Of a stretch of DNA of 64,000 nucleotides, positions 50,535-64,000 are shown piece by piece. This DNA is from Octopus vulgaris (lineage: Eukaryota): positions 63,240,001 through 63,304,000 of the forward strand of contig OX597828.1 of NCBI GenBank assembly GCA_951406725.2, read 5' to 3'. How positions within the stretch are numbered: position 1 is the stretch's first letter; the number at the start of each line of letters is the position of its first letter. A program made the translations under genes and the position numbers. The notes beneath the pieces were generated by a model. It worked only from the letters and a program-made list of their open reading frames with translations. It was not told the origin of the DNA and ran no database searches.

Positions 50535-50995
50535 TGTGTGTGTGTATATATATAAGGCGGTGAGCTGGCAGAAGCGTTACCAAGCCGGGCGAAAGGCTTA
50601 GCGGTATTTCGTTTGTTTTTATGTTCTGAGTTCAAATTCCGCCGAGGTCGACTTTGTCGTTCATGTAGAATACACACATATACAAAAGTACTTGGTTATT
50701 ATAGAGTAGAGGATTTATTGAAATTTGATCGGCTGAAAGCAGGGCAGGCAATTCTCTGCAGTCACCCTGCGTGGGATTGGCGCAGTTCCTTAGGTCACTG
50801 ATCTTTTTATTGCTGTAGGTGGCGTTTCTCTCCCACGCAAGTCTAATACCACTTGTTGCAAGTAATGGTTTCTAATTCACATACACCTACATAATACCTA
50901 CCTACCTACCTACCTACCTACCTACATACATACATACATATGAATTCCCACGCACATTATAATAATGATAATAATAATGATGTTAATAATAACAA

Positions 50996-51200
50996 CCCTT
51001 TCTATTATAGGCACAACGCCTGAAATTTTGGGGGAAGGTTAAGTCGATTACATCGACTCCAGTACGTAACTGGTACTTATTTAATCGACCCCGAAAGGAT
51101 GAAAGGCAAAGTCGACCTCGGCGGAATTTGAACTCAGAACGTAGCAACGGGTGAAATACCGTTAAGCATTTCGTCCAGCGCGTTAACGATTCTGCCAGCA
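50996..51200 (-). mobile_element. Well-preserved SINE family A copy
   Basis: Close to the apparent family consensus. Further copies near 12000-12165, 17130-17280, 23818-24010, 24528-24712, 50556-50660, 51915-52037 and 63460-63612. Confidence 0.85.
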
Positions 51201-51343
51201 TTTATTTGCGACAAGAATGAAAGATGAAGGGGTGACCACAAAAGGTTTACATTAAGAAAAACATTATGGACAACACCGGATAAAATACTGACCTCGTGTG
51301 TGCATATTCGTGTGTGCGTATTCGTGTGTGCGTATTCGAGTGT

Positions 51344-51396
<53 letters not shown>

Positions 51397-51764
51397 CGTG
51401 CGTGCGTGTTATTGTGAGGGCTTTGCGTGTAAACAAATATGACAAATAAAAAAGGTGTTAATAACATTCAATAGAGAGGAGACATTCGAGGGTTGCTCAT
51501 GGAAAAACTCCGTAAAACCACGGTTGCCCTGACTTCTGGGGCAGGTACCTTTTCTTAGTCCCTTGTCTTCAGTTACAGGCGTATGCTCAGCGAGGGCCCG
51601 TTCACTCGCACCATTCTCACCACTTTCATCCATCTTTCAACAAAATGGCTGGAAGGTAACACTTCTCTTTCCAACCTTATTTTCCTCTTCAAGTGACCCC
51701 CGAAGAGGTCCATCAGGGATTGGCCAAAGAGGAAAATAGGCAAAACACGAACCAAAGGCTGTGA

Positions 51765-51890
51765 TAGAAAATGAGAATTACAGGATCTTGTGGGATTTCC
51801 CCGTTAAGACCGACCATACTATTGAAGCAAGAAGTCCCGATCGTAGAGGACAAAATAAACAAACAGTATAAGATCATAGATTTTGCAATT
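51765..51890 (+). mobile_element. Short R4/Dong-type endonuclease fragment
   Basis: ENENYRILWDFPVKTDHTIEARSPD...KIIDFAI. Confidence 0.7.
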
Positions 51891-52039
51891 TCCTTTATAA
51901 TAATAAATTCCTCAAGGTTGAACTTGTCTTTCACCCTTTCACGAACGATAGAATAAAGTACCATTTGAGTACTGGGCTCTATGTAATCGACTTACCAACC
52001 TCCCCACAAAATTTCTGGCCTTGTGCCGAAATTTGAAAT

Positions 52040-52294
<255 letters not shown>

Positions 52295-52590
52295 GGGGAA
52301 GAACCGTTGGGTGTCTGACTCAGATTCCTTGATTGGGCCAGGCTGGAGGTTCTCAAACGGCACATGATCGTTCCTTTGAATGCCTCATCCCATTTTGTTC
52401 GGAACCCTAACAAAACGCAACTTGTCATTGTAGTGGCCCCCTCATATGGCACCCCGCCACCCACAGCAAATAAAAAGAAGTCACTATCGTCTTACTCGTC
52501 ATGATGATGATGATGATAATGATGATGCCGATCATCATCATAATCTTCATCATCATCATTACCACCACCACCACCATCACCACCACCACC

Positions 52591-52621
<31 letters not shown>

Positions 52622-52640
52622 ACAGCAGTAGCAACATCCC

Positions 52641-52692
<52 letters not shown>

Positions 52693-52832
52693 GTCATCAT
52701 CATCATCATGATTATTATTATCCGCACATCACCACCCACAACAAAACGTAGGAATTGACGTCAGAATAACTAAGGAGACAATTTCTTTCGCTTCTCTTCT
52801 CTCAAGCTATTTAACTCTCTTTCTCTTTCCAC

Positions 52833-52916
<84 letters not shown>

Positions 52917-53243
52917 ACACGCACACACACATACATACCCATATGCATAAGTATGCACATATTCCGTACATTATACATATACATATGTATATTTATATAT
53001 TTACGTACATATACATACATATATATATACATACATACATATATATGTACACACACACACACACACACACACACAATACATATATATATAATCATATGTA
53101 TTATTCATACACATGCATACACACACAGGTATATCAGTCCATCAATGAGTATATCTACCTGTCTTTCTACCTGTTTTTCTACCTGTACATTTCCTTACCT
53201 TACCAGATAAATGAATATAAAGAACAGACATATGCATACGCAT

Positions 53244-53325
<82 letters not shown>

Positions 53326-53697
53326 GTGTACTGACGCATATACATTGTTATACACCTGAATACATTAACCGTTCTACGTAAGCACACCCACATCCCGAGT
53401 TACCAACACACTCACTCACTCACTGATACCCACCTTCACCGACACACCGACGCCGCCCACTTCTGCACGGAAATACTTTCTCACTGAACTCACGTAAAAT
53501 TATATAACTAACATGATATGTATATGCGAATGTGCGTACATGTATGTATGTATGTATGTATGTATGTATGTATGTATGTATGTATGTATGTATGTATGTA
53601 TGTATGTATATGTATGTATGCATATATATGTATATATAGATACACACACACACATATATATATATATACATATATATATACATAGGTACATAATATA

Positions 53698-53732
<35 letters not shown>

Positions 53733-53759
53733 TTCTATGTATGTATGTATGTATGTATG

Positions 53760-53809
<50 letters not shown>

Positions 53810-56800
53810 CTCCAAAAACAACCGGAAGTTGAAAGAAGGCAAATAAAAAAGACACCCCTTCGCCCCCAGACACAGCTCTCAGGAAAAACAATGAAGGAGA
53901 GAAGGTTCCGATGACAAACCCGGAACATATATGAGTGTAAGAGGTCTGCTGGCATGGAGACGTAGAACAAATTACGTCTTCATCCAAAGCTCAAGTCATA
54001 ACACACACCATCTTCATCTTGAAAACATACAAATGTTGCAGAAACCACTTGAAAGAAAAAGCAATGTGAAGACAAAGCGCGGACAGCAGAAGTCGAAGAA
54101 CAACCCTTTTCCAATATGGAACAAAGGATTGTAAGGCAATTGACCAGATTAAAACACAGAATAAAAAAAATTGTACAAGCATACTAGAGCACTGGAAATA
54201 GAGAATGATCCATGGTGGCCACCCCTGGTAACTTCACAAATGTCAAACCAGTGGCCATTTCAGATACTCCATTTAGACATCAGTGCTATCGGTCAATGTA
54301 ACAGGTCTTGTAACATCCCACCAGTACAAAAACTCACACATGAGAGACCTAGTTACATGTTATCAAGCAATCATCATGGCACTAACAAAAACACACTCGA
54401 GCAATGACAAAGCAGACACTGAAATACACAAATCAAGGTGTGTTGCATTTCGAACGAAAGAATTCCTGGTGGAGCTGCGACGTACATCCGGGAAGATGTC
54501 CCGCCTTAAGTCTTACTGCCACACTCAAGCTCAGTCTGTCACACACTTATAGAATAAACAAGCAAATGAAAATGGTGATGTGTACTTCCTATCGTCCACC
54601 AGATTTCCCAAATCATGGAGACTCTTTGGAAGACAGTCTCAAAAAGATGGAAGAAGTATTAACCATCCGAGATGATAGCTTTCATATACTTCTTCTAGGA
54701 AGCTTCAACCTCCCTAATGTCTGATGGCTTGAGGACCATCTTCTCATAAGTATATCACTGCATGAGCAGATGCAAGCAGAGTTCATATTTAACCTTACAA
54801 ACTTGTTATTCATGGAGCAAAAAGTGCTGCACCCAATTCAGGGTTAAAATGTCCTGGACCTCTGCGTCACAAATAATGTGACGCTCATCCATAATGTTCA
54901 AGTGCCACCAATGATTTTCTCTGACCATCTCTTAGTCGATCTAACAATGTCTGGCTTAAAGAAAACTGCCGATGTACAGTCTTCTGGAAGAATCACAACT
55001 TCTTTCCAGCCTGAATTTCCATAAAGCTAATTGAAAAGGTATTCAAAAATAAACCCTGGAACAAAAGTGGCCAGCCAGTCTGTCTAAGCAGGATATTGAT
55101 ATAAAGCTACAACAGTTTATGATAATCATGCAAGACATATGCAATAAGTTTGCTCCAGGGAAAATGCCAAATCAACAGAAAAATATAATTCCTAGAGATA
55201 GGAAAATTTTAATGAGATGACGAACAAAGATCTCAAATTGTCTAAATAGGCCATTAAAGGAAAGTGAGGAATCCTATTTCAAATGAGTACTGCTTGAGAT
55301 TGAAAATTGGCCCAAACACAGCTCTGACAGGAAAAGAAGCCAGGGCTGTAAAAAAAGCCTTCTAAAGATTTGCAAAAGCATCTGCTTTAGTACAGTACAA
55401 GACAGAGTATTAGTTCAAAGAAATGGCTGACTGCAGGCCCTCAAAGAATAAATGGAATACTGAATGCATTTTCGCATCTCTGTTGGGACACTTGAAATAA
55501 ATATGCCGAACGAGTTCTTTGACACCGTAGCTCTACATGACGGGAGGATAGTTATCGATTACATCAAAATGGAGGAAACTGGTGTAATATCAGCAATTGA
55601 TGGATACACAACCATCTCTTAAAGAAAAGGAGGTCTTCTTCCAAAGCTTCCTTGCAAATAAGAGGCTTACCAGAAAGTGAAATGAGAGCATAATATGTCC
55701 TATCCATGAAGGAAGACGCAGAGTAGATGCTAAAAATTAAAGACCAGTCACTCTAACCTCACATGTTAGCAAAGTTATGCAACGCATGGTCAGGATAGAG
55801 CTGACCACGTTCCGAGGAGATAATGACTTACTCCCTGACACCCAACGTAGCTTCCACCCAGGAAGAAGCTGCTTTACACAGCTTCTGTAGCGTTATGATT
55901 GGGTGATGAAACAATTGATGAATCGCTCAAACGGGGATGTGATATATCTTGATTTCACAAAGACTTTTGATAAGGTCGATCAAGGGACAATATGTCACAA
56001 GCTGCAAGGAGTCGGCATAGTGGGAAAACTGTGGCAGCCAATGGAGCCGTCTGCTAGGAGATAGTAATAGAGAGTGGAGTGCCTCAGGAGAACTCTCTTG
56101 GTGCTGCTGCTGCTTATGTAGCTCTCTCTCGGACATGTCATCCGTTTCTCAGATAGCCGCACTTGCTAACTATTCCTACGACACGAGTAGCAGTCAAGAA
56201 TCTTCTCGATGCTAATCTACAGAAAGATCTAGATGCCATATAGAAATGGGCTGAAGAAAACAACATGCAATTTAATGCAAGAAAATTCCAGGCCCTCCAC
56301 CATCAGCCAATTTGTGCTAACACGTCGCATAAAAGTACTTTGAACCCAAAGGAACAGCAATTTCAGTCAAACACGGTACACGACCTAATGATTGATCTGA
56401 GCAGCGATACATCATTTCCTGAACATATCACTGAGGAGGTGGTAATCTGTGTACGAATGGCCAGTTGGACTCAGAACTTTGAGAACAAGGGACCTGGAAA
56501 CTCTGCTGGTTTCATTTGTCCCCAGCCGTCTGGACTACTCTTCTTAACTATTGTCATACCACACTGCCAATTTAATTGAGGCAATTCAGTGGTGCTACAC
56601 CAGGAATGAAACAGTTGACCTGTTGGGAGAGACTGAAAGAATTACGTCTTTACCCCCGGGAGAGAAGGCGGGAAAGATATGTAATGATATAAATGTGGAA
56701 GAATCTGGAGGGGCTGGCAGCACACTTTAGTATCGAGAGTTATATCAGCCCCCAAACAAGAAGCCACTGCATTGTTCCAAAGATCGCACCCAACCCGTGT

Positions 56801-57090
56801 AGAGGACCAGGTACTGAAGTAGTTTGGGATTCCAAGACACGCAGCTATTTAATATCTTGCCAAATAAACCTGATTGATCTACATAGAATGGGAGTAGATG
56901 CTTTCAAAAGATAACTTAATCTCCCGTTGTCCAAGATTCCATATGACCCTACATCAGGGCAAAATACTCAGAAGACGACAGTAATATCAGACCCCTTCCT
57001 TCACCAAAAGCCAACCACATGAGAGTCGCAATTAAAAAGGTAGCGATACTGGCGCTGCACCAGCATGGCCACAGCCTTTGGGCTAGAATG
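53810..57090 (+). mobile_element. Old, heavily mutated CR1-group LINE (APE plus RT plus 3' tail), same family as 200-737
   Basis: SYRPPD, LLLGSFNLPNV, LDLCVTNN, FSDH, RPVTLTSHVSKVM, PGRSCFTQLL, VIYLDFTKTFDKVD, NMQFNARKF, WKNLEGL; tail CCAGCATGGCCACAGCCTTTGGGCTAG. Confidence 0.85.
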
Positions 57091-57180
57091 CATAAACATA
57101 ATATATATATATATATATTAATGATACATATGCATACACACACATATATATACAAGCATACATATCCATATTAAAATGTT

Positions 57181-57235
<55 letters not shown>

Positions 57236-57320
57236 GAAATTTAAAGAAAAACAACAGACGACGACAGGTGCATGAGCAACAAGCAGGTGTATTAGTTTGA
57301 CGCTCGGGAAAATGAAAAAG

Positions 57321-57359
57321 TCTTTTACGTTTCGAGCCTAAGCTCTTCAGCAGAAAGGA
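57321..57359 (-). ncRNA. Minimal hammerhead-ribozyme-like motif (core variant CUGCUGA)
   Basis: Minus strand CTTT-CTGCTGA-A-GAGC-TTAG-GCTC-GAAAC-GTA-AAAG. Stems I and II are perfect, with palindromic ACGT stem III and a GUA cleavage triplet. Confidence 0.6.
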
Positions 57360-57420
57360 TTAAAACGAAATAAATAGAGAATGAAAAAAACTCGTAGATT
57401 TCAGCGGTCCAGCATATATG

Positions 57421-57494
<74 letters not shown>

Positions 57495-57998
57495 TACGGT
57501 TGGATACACACACATACACACACGCAGACACTCGCGCGCGTACACACACGTACGCACGTACGACGCACGCGCACACACGCATATTGTAGTGTTCATACAC
57601 ATGCATACACAACCATGGCCATCTGTTTATATTCTTCAAACGTCTCCTGCATCTTCTGTAAAAAAAATGTACCCGATCTCCCAGTTCAATAAACAAAATC
57701 CCTATGGATGATACCCCGATGTCTGTTTATTTTTTGGACGAACTCCCGGAACGCTTGCCACATTTCATCAACTCCCTACACTGCAGTTTGAACCTGCAGT
57801 GCGAGGATTAACTCTGCACTCTGTATTCTTGTAATGACCAACTTTTCTTTTCATGTGGTGTGAAGCACTCTGTAACACCCCCCGGGTAGCCTCTTGGCAC
57901 GGACATACGTAGCAAGTCAGAGACTGCTATGAATTGCTATATGCTGTAACGCACTGGCATTTTTTTCACATAACACATCAACATACGGACGCACTCAC

Positions 57999-58082
<84 letters not shown>

Positions 58083-58355
58083 ACACACACATACAACGCC
58101 CACCTCTACACATTGACAGTTGTCTAAACAAGCTATCGAGAAACGTATATGGCCGTACGGGTCTATGTGAGTATGAGTGTATGTCTCTATAAGCATTTGT
58201 GTGTGTACGTGAATATATGTATACATGTATGTATGCGTGCAATTACACACACACGCGCACGCACACACGGATGCACTCCCATGCATACATAAATGCATCT
58301 ATCTATCTATCTATCTATCTACCAACCTACCTACCTACCTACATACCTACCTGTA

Positions 58356-58557
<202 letters not shown>

Positions 58558-58720
58558 CCTATCTGTCTATCTATCTATCTATCTATGGTTGTGATGCATG
58601 GGCCTAGTGTACCCTTATCAGACGGGTAGCCATGATGGGTATATTCGGCTTCGTATATTTGTACCTCAGTCTCACCTTGATATATGTATTGTTCTGTCAC
58701 TCAATAATTATAATAATGAA

Positions 58721-58782
<62 letters not shown>

Positions 58783-58795
58783 TAATAATAATAAT

Positions 58796-59452
58796 ATATG
58801 GAATAACATGAAACGGTGGAGAACGGAACTGACAGCAGGGAAGCAAGTATTAGGAGAGGTGAAAATCAAGAGAGGAATTTTCCAGGAAAACAGTGTGTTC
58901 TCACTGATATTCGTGCTGGGAATGATTCCCTTGAGTGAAATACTACGTAAGACAAAGTTGGGGTCTGATCTGTGAAGAGGTAAGGGAAAACTGAACCATT
59001 TGCTAGTCATGGACAACCTGAAGCTATTCACAAAAACTGAGGCAGAACTGGACAGCCAAGTCCAGTCTGTGCTGATTTTCTCCAATGAAATTAAGATGGA
59101 GTTTGGACTCTCAAAATGTGCTACGATGGTGATGAGACGAGGAAAGCTTGCCAGGACAGAAGGCATATGTTTGTCAGGTGGTGAAATGATGAAGGCATTT
59201 CAACCTCAATCCAGGTATAGATACCTGGGAATACTTGAGACAGATGGAACAAAAAGAGAGTTTCTGCAGCGAGTGAGAATTCTATTGGAATCAAAGCTGA
59301 ATGCCAGAAACATTATTTCGGCAAGAAACTCGCGCGCAGCTGCAGTAGTTCGGATTAGCGCAGGAATCCTGAAGTGGACAGAGAAGGAGCTAAAAGAGGT
59401 GGACAGGAAATCAAGGAAGCTCCTAACAATGCATGGAACCCATCATCCACGT
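58796..59452 (+). mobile_element. R4/Dong-type LINE RT fragment directly after an (AAT)n tract
   Basis: WRTEL...GEVKIKRGIFQ.NS..S, NHLLVMDNLKLF (YMDD-like), MEFGLSKCA, YRYLGILE, HHPR. Confidence 0.88.
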
Positions 59453-59934
59453 GTAGTACTGGAGAACGCCAACATCCTGTGGATGCGAACTCTTGATGAC
59501 CCGGCAGATACGAACTAGGATTGACTCTCTGCTACCCTCGCCAGCACACAGGCCAGAGTAAGCAATCCAAGGTATCATCAACGGCTAAGATGACTCCAGA
59601 CTCAGGAGGTATTGCCAAGGTAACCAGGCAACACAAGACTGGTGATCCTGTATGTGCACTGTACTATGGAACTCACCGTGACAAGAACCCCGATGTGTAC
59701 CAGTCATAGGGTACTCGCTATGGTTCCTCCTCATGGCCCAGTATGGAGACGATACTGGGAATAGCTACGTCCGCGCTACGCTTCTGCGGAGGACTGCGAA
59801 CCCGGAGATGAGACGGACAATGTTTCTGAGCACCCAACTGATCATCCGATGGAGATCCTGGAAGAAGTGCCACAAGACCAAACCACCAGAGTATGGACCG
59901 GACAAACCTAGACGATCCAAGAGAACACCCAAGC

Positions 59935-59995
<61 letters not shown>

Positions 59996-60336
59996 TGCTG
60001 CTGTTGATGCCTTTGGTGTCGCATCAGTTTCGGTGGAGTGGTATTGTGGAGATCGCTAGCATCTAAACTTGTCCAATAGAATCGAATGGAAAGTAGTAGA
60101 ATTCTCTAGAATGTTCCAATGACTTACCGCTATATAAGCAGAGCTGGTAGAGGAGCGCTTCTCTTTTTTTGCTTTTGTCTGTTCTTGTTGTTCATTGTTT
60201 CAGAGACAGAGACTAAACCCATCTGTAGCTTTACTGTGTTCTTCTTTGTGAATGGACGAGAAAAGCGCAACTATTACGTATATGTATATATATATATATA
60301 TTACACCCCCCCCACACACACATATACATGCATTCC

Positions 60337-60389
<53 letters not shown>

Positions 60390-60837
60390 GAGTGTGTGCG
60401 TATGTGTATGAGGTATGAGTGCGCGATCGCACAATGCATGCATCGCCGAGAAAAACCGACCAACCGTTAGTTGTATACTAAACATCACCCTTGTGATATT
60501 TGTTCCGCTCGAGTTGCACAGGGAATCCCTTGCCACCGTTGCTTTCGTGAATGCAGTGATCCAGTCATTGACTTTCTGAAAACCTGCAAACAATTGTCCA
60601 AAAATGCGAAATAGATAAATATGTGAGGTGGTGATATGGGATTAGGGGCAAGATAGGAGCCACATGGAGCAGTGATATTTCCTTCATGGGATTACAGGGA
60701 CCATGGGGTAGTTTGATAATTAACTAAGTGATATGTAAAAAACAGTGAGGTCCAGGGGAGAAAAAGGGTTCTGGTGAAAAGAAAAATATCCGAGAGTCAT
60801 TAGTCTATGTGCCCACCCACACAGAAGAGCGCGCGTA

Positions 60838-62840
<2,003 letters not shown>

Positions 62841-63739
62841 TATGTTTCTCATTTAAAAGTTATTTGCCTTCATTCTCTGCCACCCTGTAACGCCATCGCC
62901 GACATTAACGTCAGCCATTTACTCACACTCTTTTCTCTCTCTCGCTCAACCTTCTCACTCGATTTATGCTCAAAATTCCTATCTTAGCCGTCTCCATAAA
63001 AAATATGGCTAAGAAATATTTTTGATATTACATGTTCTTTAATATTTATTCAAATGTTTTGCCTAGTTCTTTTTCCTAATCTAAATACTCTACGTTTATC
63101 TTGAGAATTTAAAAATTTTAACTTTCCAACGCCTTTTTCTTTGTTTTGATATTCATTCATGCATTCTCACTATTGTTGTCCGCGAAATTCCATGAAGATG
63201 CAGTTTGCCTTATGTTGAGGGGGTGATAAAATGTAGTGCTAACAATTACTGGGGGTTAATTTAATTGAATTATGCCCTCTCCAGAAAATTTTAGGCCCTA
63301 GAGTATTTCTTAGAAAGTTATTATTATTATCATTATATATATTCAAGTGTTAGTCCTCATATAATGGGTGATTTGGGGAGTATACTTTTGCCACCATGGG
63401 AAATATCAGGAAATATGGAGTACATACGATAATTGCAATTTAACTTAATCAAATTTCCTCCGTCCTTACATTCTGAGTTCAAATTCCGGCGGGGTCGACT
63501 TTGCTTTTCACCCTTTCTGGATTGATAAAATAAGTACCATTTGAATACTGGGGTCGATGAAATCAACTCCCTCTCCCCCCAAATTGCTGGCTTTGTGCCA
63601 AAAATTGAAACCATTAAGGAACTGATGTAAGGGGCCTGGGGTTTTTCCATGAGCAGCCTTCGAACGTCCCTTCCCTTGTGAGGATTACGCATTGTTAAAA
63701 TGTTATTTTTTTCTCGTTAAATCTGTTCAAAATCCTCAC

Positions 63740-63809
<70 letters not shown>

Positions 63810-64000
63810 TTTGTCCTATACCGTCCTTTTTCTTAATGTAAACCCTTTGTGGTTAATAGAGAAGTCAACACCATCATCATCATCGTCACCATCATTAATA
63901 TTTGACTCAGTTTCGTTCTTATTCCTGGTAGAATTTAAGTGGGTAGCGGGTTACTGCCTGCATCCTTGGGTATCTACAATCTTTCAATAGTCTTTCAAGC

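Overview
This is eukaryotic, AT-rich, extremely microsatellite-dense DNA. The SINE families and repeat landscape resemble a coleoid cephalopod (Octopus-like); that assignment is inferred, not proven. Two host genes are well supported, in convergent orientation. (1) A single-coding-exon ODF3/SHIPPO-1-repeat gene (+, 1355-2134), bracketed by a near-identical ~140-bp inverted repeat pair. (2) A five-coding-exon canopy/CNPY2(seele)-like ER saposin-fold gene (-, 15930->7625, 248 aa, signal peptide, acidic tail, C-terminal NEEL), whose putative promoter carries a perfect ERSE (CCAAT-N9-CCACG) and an ETS site and abuts a 147-bp higher-order minisatellite. The rest (19-64 kb) has no confidently recognisable host gene. 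It contains CR1-group LINEs (one near full length), many R4/Dong-type LINE fragments, a Penelope GIY-YIG fragment, two Tc1/mariner-superfamily elements in nested arrangements, several tRNA-derived SINE families and simple repeats. Most notable observations: a 215-bp palindrome made of two head-to-head hammerhead-ribozyme folds plus further hammerhead remnants; the inverted-repeat-flanked ODF3 copy; a SINE/LINE shared 3' hairpin with a compensatory change; and every recognised LINE fragment lying on the + strand. Most ORFs in the supplied track are microsatellite artefacts.
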